From Selaginella moellendorffii (Eukaryota; Plantae; Lycopodiophyta), in the NCBI RefSeq assembly GCF_000143415.4, contig NW_003314465.1:1-53178 (forward strand): a stretch of DNA of 53,178 nt, written 5' to 3'. Each line of letters begins with the position of its first letter. Position 1 is the first letter of the stretch. Below are positions 1 through 14,004 of this stretch, one piece after another. The translations under genes were made by a program, and so were the position numbers. Below the pieces are notes generated by a model, which did not search any database, was not told the origin of the DNA, and was given only the letters and a program-made list of their open reading frames with translations.

Positions 1-1379
1 ATAGACAAACCACTTACCTCAAGTCCACGTGTAAAGAATCCTTAGTTAAAGACAAAATAGGAGAAGATGATGCATCGATAGTAGTATATACTTGTTGCTG
101 TTATCCACTAGAACTAGTAGCAATATAAGCTTAAGGGAGTTGCCATGGATGAAGAATAACATGAGAAATTGAACAAGTATTATTTAGGTATTGATAACAA
201 AATTAAAAAATATGGTTAGAACGATGATAAAACCCAGAAGATTGATGATAAAGGCATGCTTATCAACCATAATTATAACAACTATTGCCCAAACCACCAT
301 AAGAATGAAATGAATTTTATTAAAAAGAGAACCACTTATTTGAAACATGAGCATTAATAGATGGTGACTGAGAGTAAAGTGTCGGGGGAAGCATATTGAA
401 CAACAATTCTAATCACAAATTGCAGTAAGAGCAATCTTAAAATTATAATGATCATTCATCATAAGATTAGTAACCACAATAGAATACTTTAAAGGAAGAG
501 TGTTCAAAAACCAAAGAAAGCAATCCTCAAGGGTAAGAGTCATATCTCAGCTGTAAGTCTAGTTGTATCATATAGCCTTTGTGATATTGCTTGGATCTAT
601 AATTCTTAAGTGAAAACTTGATGAAGTTCTTTGGTGTAGTTTGGATTGCAATTGCGACTAATTGCGCTAGTCTGCTGTTGTAGTTGCAAAATGACAAAGG
701 GCTTTTGATGTTATTGATCTTGTGTTGGTACAGTAATTCTCACCCTAGAACAAGCTACCAAACACAGGAATCAATTAAAAACTAACTTGAGATCTTCAAT
801 GCTCAAGAAGGCTCATGCAAATGGTTGTGAGTAAGGATAGGCTTGATATTACTAGAATACTCCAAGTCGTGAGAAAATGGATATGCATTGGTCATAAGCT
901 AGAATACAATAGAGAAGTGCTAACTCTCCCCTTTAATTACTCTTACATGGTGGCAACTGCCACTTCTTCATGAGTCATGATTGTCAACTACGAAGCTTTG
1001 CGCTTTTTTTAGCGAGCTAGTCATTGATGCATTGTGTTTTCGCACATACTGTCCTCTAGGACATATCTCTAGAGTTAGGATTTTGCTTTTTGCAATGGAG
1101 TGTCAAGTTTGAGTCCTTGTGGTAACTTTCTTGAGTTTTTTCTTTGTTGGTGTGGTAGTGTTGGAGAAGCTTGCTTTATGTTGGTCTTTGGCATGTTTGT
1201 TAATGAGTCTTAAGACATTTGTTAGTATCTAAATCTTGTTTTGGGTCAAAGTTCTTCAAATTATTATTTTTCTTCATGTTGTTTTCTTGAGCTTGATTTT
1301 TCAGAGTTTTTCTTGTGTTGGATTTTTGAATTTGAGCTTTGCTTTTAAGATTGTTGTTGATGATGTTTGAGTCGTATGA

Positions 1380-2881
1380 TTGGTATTTCTTAAGCTTGTT
1401 AAGGTTGACGGTTTGGAGATGTTTGCCATCGAATGTTGCAATTGTTCCCATTCCTGGAGCTTTGAATTTTTTAATGAGGAATGGTCCTTCTCATCTTGAC
1501 TTCACTTTCGAGCCGATTTTCTCAATGTTTTTTAGAAACCAAAGTACTTGATCATTGATCTTAAATTCTTTATTTTTCTTTAATTTTCTCTTTTAGTCAT
1601 GGTTGGATTTTCTTCAAGCTTAAATGGCTTCGAGTGTCTAAATTGCTTATAGTTTTTCTTTATCGACTAGTTTTTTTTTAATTGATTCTTCTTGGTTGAT
1701 CTCGTAGTGTATTGCCATTCACAATGAAGGACGATGTACTTGAGTGGTGTTAGAGCTTCTAAGTCATAAGCAAGCTTGAATAATGTCGAATTTGTTGAAA
1801 CCTTGTATGTTGTTCAATATACCCATAAGGTATTGTCCATATGATTGTCCCAATCTTTCTAATTTGTTTTTATGATNNNNNNNNNNNNNNNNNNNNNNNN
1901 NNNNNNNNNNNNNNNNNNNNNNNNNNNNNNNNNNNNNNNNNNNNNNNNNNNNNNNNNNNNNNNNNNNNNNNNNNNNNTTGTTATGAGTAGTCCAAAGAAG
2001 TCGAGTCCTTATCGTTAAAATGGTTCCAGTGGTGTTGTTAGATGAAGCTCTTAAATTTGTTTCTTTGATGTGTACTTGGTTTGTTGACAAATGTTGCATT
2101 CTTGACAAAATTTTACTAAATTATGCCAAAGTGTTAGCCACCAGAGTCCTACTTGCAAAATCTTGTGAGCTGTGATTTCTTCTGTGAAGTGGCCTCTTGC
2201 TTGTCCATAGTGGGCTTCTCCAAGTAGATCTTGAGTTCTTCAAGTTGTACACATCTTCGTAGCACATTGTCTCGTCCTTTTTTGTACAATCTTCCTCCCA
2301 TGACTGAATACCTCAAGGCAAATTGTTTACGGTGATTAGAGATGGAGTATTGATTTGGAATTATTGTTGTTATTAGGTAGTAGTAGATGTCATTCGTCCA
2401 TGTTGATGATGTGTGGATGCAAAGTATGTTGGAGTCAGGAAAGTCGTCCATATTATATTTTAGTTGTTCACTAGTTGTAATGTAGCTAAGGTGGTTGGTT
2501 TATACATGTTGTTTGCCAGGTTTGTGAATAATCTTGAAGTTGTATTCTTGAAGTAATAAGAACCATTAGGTAATTCTACTGGTGAAGATGGTCTTGTTGA
2601 GGAGATGTAAAAGTGCTTTGTAGTTAACAATGATCTTGACTTTGGTGCCGAGTAGGTAGTGTCAAAACTTTTATAGTGCATAGACCATTGCTAAAACTTC
2701 TTTTTTAGTGGTGGTGTAGTTCATCTCAGCTGAGTTGAGTCTTTAGCTCGCATAATAAATTGGTCGGTCTTATTGTTGTTGAGAAAGTATTGCTCTGATG
2801 GCATAATCAAAGGTGTCAATGTGTATTGAAGTCTTTGTCCCAGTTTGGTTGGGCAAGTATTGGAGCCCTTGTTAAGGAATT
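1380..2881 (-). pseudogene. Degenerate Ty3/gypsy pol remnant (RNase H + integrase)
   Basis: Minus-strand translation with stops/frameshifts: LTRAPILAQPNWDKDF, HIDTFDYAIRAILSQ, AEMNYTTTKKEVLAMVYAL, FLLLQEYNFKIIHKPGK, DDFPD..GGRLYKKG..LRRCV, and C-terminal EGPFLIKK. It is cut at 2881 by the next element. Confidence 0.85.
1877..1977. other. Assembly gap (N run)
   Basis: Ns; the homologous sequence is present in copy B near 27150-27255. Confidence 0.99.
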
Positions 2882-3267
2882 TGTTAGGAACCCCCAATTC
2901 TTGCCACATTCCTGACTCTCGCCAAATTCCTGACCCACAGACCACATTCCTGACTCTCAAGACACGACCACATTCCTGACTCTTAAGACACTTCCCTATT
3001 CCTGACTCTTTGATTTCCTGTATGATTCCTGATTCTCGGACCACATTGCTGATGATGATGTGGCACCTCCTCGACCTCAGTTATATTTAGACTGTCCTCG
3101 ATCCAAGAGTGTTGAAGCTTCATCAACCTATAGTATATATAGGTTAGCCTTGTTCCATTTCTTCACAATATGAATCAACACTAGTCTAAGGCCTTTTCTT
3201 CATCTCCACTAGCTTTTCTCTTTGTCTTTTGCATTTTCCAGTCCTGATCTTATTGGGGGTCTTAACA
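2882..3267 (+). repeat. 5' LTR of chromovirus (386 bp) with U3 tandem ATTCCTGACTCT repeats
   Basis: Imperfect terminal inverted repeat tgttaggaaccccca ... tgggggtcttaaca; TATA box at 3134-3141; several attcctgactct units at 2908-3040. Confidence 0.85.
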
Positions 3268-5005
3268 GTTTGATTCAAATTGTGCTTTCTGCTTTTGTTT
3301 TAGCTCAAGATGAGTTTCCCGGCGATGTTCTCAAGCAAGTGTTTGGAGCTTCGCAGATTCCTGAACCAGATGGAGCTGATCTTTGCACTTCAACATCGGT
3401 GGTACCCCACTCTCGAGTCTCAAATCGGCACGATCGGGACATTGGTCAAAGGTGCAGCTTTGTCATGGTTTTCTCCTCTCCTGGAGAAGAGCATGAAAGG
3501 GGTCATGGTTCTGGAGCTGATGGATCTTCAGTTGTTCAAAGAGGATCTTGAAGCATGTTTTGGTGAGATAGATTGGGTTTGGGCTGCCACCACAAAGATG
3601 AGACGTCTCTTTCAGGGGTCTCATCTTGCCTCAATCTATGCTACAGAGTTCCAACTCCTTGCCTTGGATACTCAATGGGATGAGCGGGCCTTGATTGATC
3701 AATTTCGTTTTGGCCTCAACAACAGTGTCAAGGATTTGTTGCTCACCATGGAGGATCCCACAGACCTGTCGGACGCCATCAACAAAGCTATTTGATGTGA
3801 TAATCGTTTCTTTGAACGTTGTTAGGAAAGTCACCACACCACCATTTTCCCGTCCCAGACTCAGGAATCCCAACTTGAGTCTTTGGGGCATACTCCTGAA
3901 CCTACTACTCCAGTCCTAATGGATATTTCTGGCACTCCCCGACTCATCAGAGGGAAGCTAAGTCCTACTGAGAAGCAAAGTCGAGTATCTTAGAATCTTT
4001 GCCTCTACTGTGCCGATCCTAATCACTAAGCAGCTGTGTGTCCTAAGAAGCCTCCTTGATTGCTCGAGTTCACTCTGCCTTAAGGTCCACCTCTATTGCA
4101 GTCAGGAAACGACCTTGTCCAAACAGAGTAGGAGCTGTCTATTTGAACTCCCCGAATAAAAACAACTTTTCTTCTTTATCAAACTCTTCACCACCTTTCA
4201 TCAAAGCCACCACCAATTCCCGCAACTTTCGCATCCTATGTCTCCTTTCTTTCACCGAACAATCAAGACTCAAGGCTCTGGCGCTACTGGACTTGAGTGT
4301 AACTTCTTGCTTCATGGACACGGACTTTGCTGCCCGACATTATGTTCCTCTTTCTCCTACCATACGGGATATGAGGGTTGAAGGCATTGGCAAGCAATTT
4401 GTGTCTCCATCTTTTGGACTTAGGGAAACATTGCCCGTTTGAGTACATATTGGGTCCACCGTCACTGATATCGCCTTCAACATCATCAACAACAAGTTTT
4501 CCTCTGTGGTGCTCAGCCTTCCTTGGTTCCAACTGCACCAGCCTCAGATCTATTGGAAGGAATTACAGCTCGTTTCTCCCACATCAACATCTCCCATGTC
4601 TTCCCCTATTGTTCATCAAGTCCAAATCAGGAAAAGTTCCCTAAACTCAAATTGGGGTTTTGTTCCTAACTCTATAAATTTTTCACCCTCTTATTTTCCC
4701 TCTTTTCCATCTTACATTGAACAGTATCCTTGTCCCATCATTCCATTCAGTCATACGCCTCCTCCTATCTCCACAATTACAATGAAAGAACTCCTTCATA
4801 AAAAACCTATTTTCCTTTTTGCTTTGCATGTTTCTCTTGTCAGTCTTTCTGAGAAGTATCATGATTTTGGGAATGTGTTTGACAAGAAAAAAGCTAGTGT
4901 ACTATCTGTTCATCGGCCTTATGACTGTCCTATTGATTTACAGGAAGGAGCATCACCTTCGTGGGGGCCTATCTACAAATTATCCCCGTCCGAGTCTAAG
5001 GCCTT

Positions 5006-5199
5006 TATAAGCAACCAAAGGGAACGATTCGAGACATAGTCTATAGGGTTCAAATATAGAGGAAAAGGGCCCATGAACAATAGTGCACCCCCTTCTCGAA
5101 TCGGTTAAGGGTCTTGGGATATTTGGGGTTAAGCGTCCTTGGGTTTGAATAGTACTGGGCTGAGTGACCTCCCCGGAAGTCCAAACTTAGGAGTTTACA
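5006..5199. mobile_element. 194-bp solo LTR nested in the chromovirus RT
   Basis: Interrupts ...SESKA|LKEYMDENL. Termini t(a/g)taagc..gtttaca (TG intact in copy B); 5-bp TSD gcctt/gccct. Confidence 0.85.
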
Positions 5200-8100
5200 G
5201 CCCTCAAAGAGTACATGGACGAGAACCTTGCATCGGGGTACATTTAGCATTCGCAATCCCTGGCTGGAGCACCTATCTTCTTTGTCAAGAAGAAGCATGG
5301 GAGTTTGCGGTTAGTCATTGACTACTGAGGTTTGAACAAGGTGACTATTCGGAACCATTATCTTTGGAACGCCTCGGTGGTGTGCACTTCTTCACCAAGA
5401 TTCACCTTTGTGGAGCATACAACTTGATCTAGATCCGGCCTAGCGATGAATGGAAGACTGCATTCTGAACCCGCTATGGCCACTTCGAGTACACGGTCAT
5501 GCCCTTTGGCTTGACAAATGCTCCAGCAGTTTTCCAACATATGGCAAACGACATTTTTCAGGAGTTTCTTGATGTGATGGTGATCGTCTACCTCGACGAC
5601 ATCCTCATCTACTCAAAAACTTAGGAGGAGCACGATGAGCATGTGCGTAAGGTGCTAGTGAAGCTGCGGGAACATGGCCTATATGCAAAGCTTGAGAAAT
5701 GTTCCTTCAATCAGGAGTCTATGGAGTTCCTTGGGTACATTATCACTCCTGAGGGTATCACGATGGATCCTGCCAAAGTCAAGACTATTCTCGAATGGGA
5801 GCCTCCACAATCAATGTCAGACATTCAGGTTTTTCTTGGCTTCACCAACTTTTACCGCAAATTCATTGATCACTACTCCGACATTGTCCTTCCTCTCACG
5901 CATCTCACTTGCAAGGATGTTCCCTTCTTTTGGTTTGCTGCTGCCCAGCAAGCCTTCAACACACTCAAGGTGGCCTTCAGTTTTGCTCCCGTCTTGATCC
6001 ACGCTGATCCCTCACAACCTTTCTTCATCAAGGCAGATGCCTCCGACTTTGCCATCGGTGCTATGCTGTCTCAACTCGGAGCAGATCAGCTCCTTGCCAT
6101 TGTGGATTCCTTTAGAAAGTGGCATCATTTCTTGGAGGGGGCGAGCCATCAAACAATGGTGTAGACGGATCACAAAAATCTGGAGTACTTTGCCACTTCC
6201 CGAGTTTTGAGCCGTCGTCAGGCAAGGTGGGCATAATTCCTGAGTCAGTTTGAATTTGTTATCAAGTACAAACCTAGAAAGCTTTAGGGCCTTCCTGATG
6301 CTCTTTCAAGGCACTCCTATCTCAGTCTCAGGCCTGGTAATCCTGCTTTCGATCAACAGGATCAAGTTATCCTTGGTCCTAATCTTCTTCAAGTTATGGC
6401 AATTTCCCTGGCCCCTCAGGACTCCTCCTTGATGGACGTGATCAGAAATGATCTTCAATCTGACGACCTCGCCAGTGACATTTTCCCCCATCTTTAGGCT
6501 GGACATCCAATGACTCCCGATTGCCGGCGATTTGACAAATTCGAGTTTGTTGTACCGTGGGGAGCAGATTTACATTGCTAAAGGTGATGCTCGAAGGTTG
6601 GTCCTGATGGCATGCCATGATAGCCCAACTGCTGGTCACTTTGGCATTGCGAAAACCTATGAGCTGGTTGCACGGGACTTTTGGTGGCCTCACATGGACA
6701 ATTACATCAAAGCTTTTGTTACTTCTTGTGACACTTGTGCCCGGAATAAGGTACCTTGCCACTTTCCTTTAGGTTTGCTTCATTCCTTCCTGGTCCCTTC
6801 AGGTCCTTGGGAATCCATCTCAATGGATTTCTTGAGTGATCTTCCAAGTTCTGGAAGCTTCAACAACATTTTAGTTGTGGTGGATCACTTCACAAAGATG
6901 GCACACTTCCTGCTGTGTACCAAGGAGCTTTTAGGCGAGGACATGGCAAAACTGGTATTCAAGGAAATTTTCCGACTTCATGGGATTCTTGTAGATGTAG
7001 TTTCGGATCCAGGACCTCAATTCATCTCTCATTTTTGGCAACAGTTCCTGCAGCTTCTTGGAGTGAAGGCCAACCTCTCTTCAGCATATCATCCTTAAAC
7101 TGATGGACAGTCCGAGCGAACGATTTAGACATTGGAACAATTCCTGAGGTGTTTCATCAACTATCATCATAATGACTGGTTCAATATCCTTCCCCTTGCT
7201 GAGTTCTCCTATAACAACTCCATTCACTCCTCCCTTCAAGTTTCCCCCTTCTTTACAAACTCTGGCTGAAATCCCTGATTTAATCTCTCACTTCCTTCTC
7301 TATCCGAATCCTCTCGTTCAAATCCCCGCTTTGAGGCATTTATCTCTAACCTCTAGGAAATCCATAACTCCATCTCCTTCCACCTTCATCGTGCTCAAGA
7401 ATCTCACAAAACACTCACCAATGTCCATCGTCAGGATTGTCCCTTTTACAATATCGGGGATATCCTTAGGTGAAATATCTCCACCACCAGGCTATGTCCC
7501 AAACTCAATTTCAAATGCCTTGGTCCTTTCCTTATCACTGCCATCATTAATCCTGTCATTTATCGCCTTGCACTTCCCTCCTCATATCAAATTCACCCCG
7601 TTTTTCACTCCTCTCTCCTTGAGCCTTACATTCCCAATCCTATTCCAAATCGGGTCATTCCTCCACCTCCCCAGTGCAGCTTGAAGATGGGTCTAAGTAC
7701 AAGGTTCAGGACATCCTTGATTCCAAAATCTCACGGTCTAAACTCTATTATCTGGTAGATTAGAAGGGTTACGAACTTAAGGAATGCACTTGGGAACCTG
7801 CAGACCACTTAATTCATTCTCCTGACCTTATTCATGACTTTCACTGCCACTATCCTTCTCATTTTAGTCCTCATTCTTTTCATTCCCCATCTCCTGTCCC
7901 TCGACGCCCAAGAAGGATCGTAGTCCGGTGACTAAAGCACTATTATATGAGTATGGACTATCTTTTTAAGTTGGAGGCATTAGTGATGTGAGCGGTGCTT
8001 GCTTTCCTTAAGGATATCCTAGTACTCCCTCATCTTGGCTGTGCCATAATTCTCTACCTCAAAAGTACACTTAGCTCAGAAAAGTGAAATCATTTATAAA

Positions 8101-9173
8101 GAGACTATCTAAACTGCTGCGTAACCTTGTGTTATTGTGAAAGTTCTTGCTTCTTCATCATGTTATTTACTTTAATCGGTCTTCAATCTATTCTCGGGCT
8201 TTATGATTCCCATATTCTTGTCTTGCTTGCTCACAACATTGTGTTTTTCCTGCAGAGGATTCCAAGTGTTGGATCTGGTACTATTGGATATGTTTGGCCT
8301 GATCATGTCCTAGTATGGAAACCGTCTATGTGTAAAAGTTTTTGATATTTTCTTTGGAAAAACAAAAGAGTTTGAAACTTTGTGTTTTTTGGGATAAAGT
8401 TTCATACTTATATTAGAGAGTGTCCCAACAAATATTAAAGTCTTCAACTAAAATTATAATATTGAATGCATTTCAATACAAAATTAAGCAAGATATTTAA
8501 TTATTCATCTTTTTCTATAAACAATGCTGGGTATAAACCCATTTAAAATATTTCATAATTTCTTTATATTGTAGGTTATGCTTGATTTAAAGGAGTTTTT
8601 GTAAGTTAATAATTTTTTTTCTAATCTAGATGTAATATAATATAAATAAGGAAGTAAAATTAATATTAGAGTAACTTAAAAATTAATGTTTCTTACATCA
8701 TTATTCATTATATAGCTGTCTCTTGGTCTAGCTGATGTAGCATTCTAATTTCAGTACTATAAGTTTATGATAATAATATTAAATATATTTTCTCTAAATT
8801 ATAAGAAAATATGTCTCTGATATATTTTTTTTCAATTATAGTTAATCACTTGGATCCCTTGGAAATGATGAACTTGAAAAGATTACATAATGGCTAGTTG
8901 TAATATAGAGGGCACAAAATCTAGCTATCTAAGATTGATGGCCTGATAGTTAAACATGAAAGAACTTAAGAGAGTTAAATATTGTTCTAGCTATTTAAAA
9001 ACTAGAAACTAGTGGGGACACCATTCCTTGCCATTTGTCCTGGTGTGCAACAGCTAGCAATTAACATTAATATTCAATGGTATGCAAATGCCTCAATTTA
9101 AACAAATGCCGAGTCTCATTAGTTGTTATTCTTAGCATTCAAGTATGTTAAGAAATATTTTAGAATATACATT

Positions 9174-9348
9174 TGTGAGTGCTTGGAATATGGAAAGGGA
9201 ATACAGAAATGTGCATATCAATTAGCCCAAAAACCCTAGCTTATATACAGGAGCAAATGGTCCAGATTAAAACCAATCCGACGGCTACCAAAATCCCACT
9301 ACGCTAATATTAGTATATGGCATCGTAACCGTACACTTGGCCCTCACA
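9174..9348 (-). repeat. 3' LTR (175 bp)
   Basis: tgtgag..ctcaca; about 10 differences from the 5' LTR, counted by eye. Confidence 0.95.
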
Positions 9349-12300
9349 TCATCCCATCCTCTCGGGATAATGGAAGACCATCAGGGTTCTCTTGAAGATG
9401 GGCCGGGATCTGGAGGAACGTCAGGAGGAGGCATCGGTGGATCTGTAGGTGGTATTAACTCCTCCTGATCCCTTTATACGAAGCGTTTCAGCCGCTGCAC
9501 ATGCACAATCTCTGGAGGATCGGCCTGCTGAACATCATGCCGAACCTCATAAACTTGTGGTCCAACTTGCCGCAACACTCGATACGGTCCTTTCCATTGC
9601 ACAAGAAGCCTCTTAGATAAACCATGTACCATAAGATGGGGAAAACGGACTAACACCAAATCATCCACTTTGTACTCCGCAGGTGGACGATGATGGGAGT
9701 TGTAGCACCATTGTTGTCCCACTTGTACGCGGCCTAAGTGTTCGGCAAACTCTGCTCGAACAAGTGGAAGAATGCTCGTCAAATACTGATCCCATGATCT
9801 AGCATCGGCAGCTCGTGGCAATCGCGAAGGTAAACCCAGCTCCGTTGGTAATATTGGATCATGACCATATAGAAGTTTATATGGTGAAGCACCAACAGAA
9901 CTCTGCACCCCTGTAACATATGCATACCGAAGAGACGGCAAATAACCATCCCAATCCGAATGCTGAAAGTTCACATACTTCGCAATCATCCCTTTGAATG
10001 TCCGAACAAGCCGTTCCACCAAACCGTCTGATTGTGGATGATAAGCACTCGTAAGAGTGTGGCGTATCCCCAACCGAGATGTCAAAACATGAAATATCTC
10101 AGCCATAAATGCGGGACCATTATCTGAAAGAATCTACTCTGGACAAGAATGCTGGAACACCACTCGATTGAGAAGGAAGTATCCAATAGCAGTTGTAGAG
10201 GCACTAGCAAGAGCACCAACTTCCACCCAATGAGTCAAGTAGTCAGAAGCAATAATAACATACTCATTGCCAACAGTCGACCATGGAAAAGGTCCCATAA
10301 GATCAAACGCCACTAACTCAAACAGACGGGAAACCACAATTGACTCCAACCATCCTTCTGTAGCACGAGGGGGAGTATTACGAGCTTGGCACCAAACGTA
10401 GCTACGCACATACCGGATAATATCATGTCGCATCTCCGGCCAATAGAAAGACCTGCGCAGCTTCTCGGTGACACGACGGTGTCCCATATGCCCACCAAGA
10501 ACAGGAGAATCATGGTAGGCATGGAGAAACCGCGGAATAAACACCGAAGGCACCACCAGCCGTAAATGATCATCAGGATCCGTCCCCACAAAATAAAGAA
10601 GGCCATCTTCAAGGCAATATTGAGAATGTAAATGCTGGAAAGGCAAGTTATCAGCAAGTGATGCAGGATTTTCAAACCCATCTCAAAGCCTTCGAATCCA
10701 CGGCTTAATCTTTTGAGCCTCGCGAACCTCATCAAGATAAGGTAGATCTTGCTCTGCGCCCTGTGGACACTGAACGTCAAGGACAGTAACCGCCGACGGC
10801 ACAGAATCCTCATCTAGAAAATCCACAGATGCTGGAATAATAGGTTCATCAGAAACATGAGAAGTGAGTGGAGAAGGAAGAGGAGCTCGAGAAAGGGCAT
10901 CAGCATCAACCATAGAACTCCCTGGGCGATGAACAACATCAAAATCATATATCTGAAGCTTCAAAGCCCATCAAGCCGTATGACCAACCAGGTTCTTCCG
11001 CTTCAATAATGAAGTAACAGTAGCATGGTCACCTTCAAGTAACGTCCGAGAACCATGTAGATATGCATGAAGTTTCTCGAAACCCCAGACTGCTGCTAAA
11101 CACTCCTTCTCCGTCGTGGAGTAGTTCATCTCCGCTGGTTGTAATGTACAGCTTATGTATGCAATGGGATGGCGCTGACTAGGCACACTTGAGCTCTCTT
11201 GCATCAACACACCTCCAAGACCAATGTCAGAAGCATCCACGTGCAAAATAAAAGGTCAAGTGTAGTCAGGATACGCCAAAACCGGAGGAGTCGTCAATAG
11301 CTCTTTGAGATCCACGAACGCCCGCTCACAATCTGAAGACCAGATGAAAGATGACATGGATGACTTCAGCAACGCTCGCAATGGTGTAGTGCGATCGGAA
11401 AGATGATCCACAAAACGACCAAGATACTGCACCTTACCCAAAAAGCGTTGCACATCATTCACACACTTCGGAGTAGGGAACTTTAGAACAGCCACAATTT
11501 TGTCAGGATCAACTTGCAAACCCTCACGAGAAATACGGTACCCAAGATAAGTTGTGTCCTTGGACCCAAACACGTACTTTGACCGCTTCAGCTTTAAACC
11601 AACGTCGTGTAGCCGATCCAACACTTTACAAACATCATGAACGTGCTCCTCCCACGTCCCCTCCGAGTGGATCAAGACATCATCAATGAAGTCAGCAGTC
11701 ACCTCCGGCATATCACAAAGAACCTCGTCCATCATCCATAGGAAAGTTGCTGGAGCATTGTTCAAACCAAACGGCATCACCAAGAACTCATACAAACCAA
11801 ATAGTGTACGAAAAGCAATCTTAGGAATATCTTCTTCAGCCATCGGTACTTGCCAATACCCAGAAGGAAGATCTAGCTTGGTGAACCAACGACTTCACCC
11901 CAGACGATCCAAGAGATCAGCAGTATGTGGAAGAGGATACACATCTGGGATCGTCACTTCGTTTAACAGACGATAGTCGATGCAGAAACGAATACTCCCA
12001 TCAGGCTTCGTCACAAGATGAGGTTCGCCCAAGGACTCTGTGACTTCCGAATAACACCTTTCTCTAGCATTTCCTTGACGTTTGCTCGTAAAATCTTGAT
12101 CTCCTTAGGTGACCAACGACAAACAGGAACCTTGATTGGACGAGCATCCCCAGTTGGAATCGGATGACATGTGGCAATCTTGGCCCCAGACGATAGGTCA
12201 AATTCAAATAGATCAGAATACTCCTTCATGAGCCGGTCAACTGCTGCAACAAAAGATCGTCGGAGGGATCGGAAAAGGGAAAAGCAGAACAAGATGGAAA

Positions 12301-12856
12301 CACAAAAGGAAAGAGTGGGGGAACAAAAGTAATGGAAATAGAGGTAGAAGTAGAGGGACGAAGAGGTATGGAAGTGAGAGGAATGGATGAAACATAAAGA
12401 AGTATAAGACAAGGGGAGAAGCCTCAAAGTCACATTTGGCATGATTGCGCTGCAACCAATCCATACCAAGAATGAGGTCAAAAGCTTGACTTGGCACCAC
12501 CCGCAACGACTACAACTCAAGCTCAAGATCGCTCACACGCACAACTAGGTCCACCTCATCCCGTGCACATGCATGTGTACAGCCGTTGCCATAAAGAATG
12601 AAAAATGGTTCCGCCACATGACGCAAGTGTAGACGACAACGTGTGGCAACAGGTCGAGCAATAGAAGATAAACTCGAACTTATATCAACCAACACGAAGA
12701 GAATAATAGGAGACCTCTGGTTATAAAAACGAACTTGGAAAGTAAACACTGGATGAACTGGTGCCGAGTGAACCCCTTGATGGTACTCCCGAAAGAAAGA
12801 TGGAGGGGTCACTGATTTATTTGCGCAAGGTCCCTCCGTTACTCGCGCGACTCCTC

Positions 12857-12863
12857 GTTTCCC
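12857..12863 (-). promoter_or_regulatory. -1 ribosomal frameshift heptamer G GGA AAC at the gag/pol overlap
   Basis: In phase with gag (ccg gga aac gag gag tcg cgc gag taa); the -1 frame reads GKRGVARV into the protease; a stem begins 6 nt downstream. Confidence 0.75.
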
Positions 12864-14004
12864 GGATGCATCTCGGTGTCCAGACCTTCCACTGCAGCAG
12901 CACCCACGGGATGTTGCTGACGCCAAGGTCTCCACCTAGGAAATGGAGGTCGCCAATCCAGAAAACGACGGCAATGCCGATAAGTATGACCAACTTTATC
13001 ACACACCCAGTAGCGAACATCACGGCCACGACCATGTCCTCGCGCTTGTCCTTGGACTCGAGCAGCAGCAGCATCAACCTCCATTGGAATAGGACCATCA
13101 CTCATAGGAAGTGGAGCGGAAGGACGTGCAGCGAGAAGTGGAAGAGGCGACATCTCATAACGTTGTGCCAAGTGAAGAGCATTGTCAAGGGTGGCAGGAG
13201 CAAGTGCATGCATAAGGCCGACAAGATCTTGACGAAGTGCTGGCCACAACATTCCTAGCTTGATCCGCTCCGACATATTTGGCTCCGCATGAAGCAAAAG
13301 ACTTCGGAAACGAACGCCAAATTGCATCACCGACTCAGATGGCCCTTGGCAAAGACAATGCAATTGTTGGAAAGTATCATCACAATCATCGGCATGTCCG
13401 AAGGCGCGTTTGAAGACGTCCGGGAGAACACTCCAATCCCCACGAGTGGCTGTGCTCAAACCATTGTACTACTGCAACGCCATCCCTTGGAGACACATGG
13501 GAAACTCACGCAACCGTCGAGCATCATACCAAGAATGATATGTGGCAATCACCGTGAAGTGATCGAACCAATGGTACACATCATCCCTAGGATTCCTGCA
13601 AAAGAACTCCGGCCAAACGCGAGGATTGGCACCAAGAGCAGGAGGAGTTGTACCACGTGCCGTGAATGCCGCCATCAACTGAGTTTGGTTGTTCAACTGC
13701 AAGCGCATAGCATCAAGCAATTGTACCAATTGCTACTCTAGAGTCAAAGGAGGAGATTGCTGATTTGCCATGAAGATGAACGAAAAAGAAAGAGCAAAAG
13801 AAGAGAAATGACAAAAAGCTAGAAGGAAATGGTAGATCTAGACAACGCAAAAAGCTAAATCTAAACCAAAACCATGAATAGAAAGAACAAAAGACAGGAA
13901 ATGGAAAAAGCTAGATCTAGACGATGCAAAAGCTAGATCTAAACCAAAATCCCAAATCCAAGCACTCCTTAGGGACAATCAAAGATGCCCCTTACCTCCA
14001 CCAA

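Larger units (their letters stand above)
2882..7930 (+). mobile_element. Chromovirus-type Ty3/gypsy LTR retrotransposon (Tcn1-like), defective, 3' LTR missing
   Basis: 5' LTR TG..CA; gag (FLNQMELIF..FRFGLNNSVKD, decayed zinc knuckle); protease remnant ALLDLSVT; [10 protein letters not shown]; RNase H ADASDFAIGA; integrase HDSPTAGHFG..CDTC..SMDFL; chromodomain YKVQDILDSK..YLVD*KGY..TWEP at ~7695-7860. Many stops. Confidence 0.9.

Noticed and set aside
1-1380. Possible env-like or extra ORF downstream of the old gypsy integrase
   Set aside because: Only stop-riddled, compositionally biased frames; no motif.
2908-3040. CRISPR-like repeat array
   Set aside because: Short irregular tandem motifs within an LTR U3 in eukaryotic DNA; no unique spacers or cas genes.
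7930-8600. Possible gene fragment (ORF 8127-8345, splice-like signals)
   Set aside because: No recognisable product; deleted in copy B.
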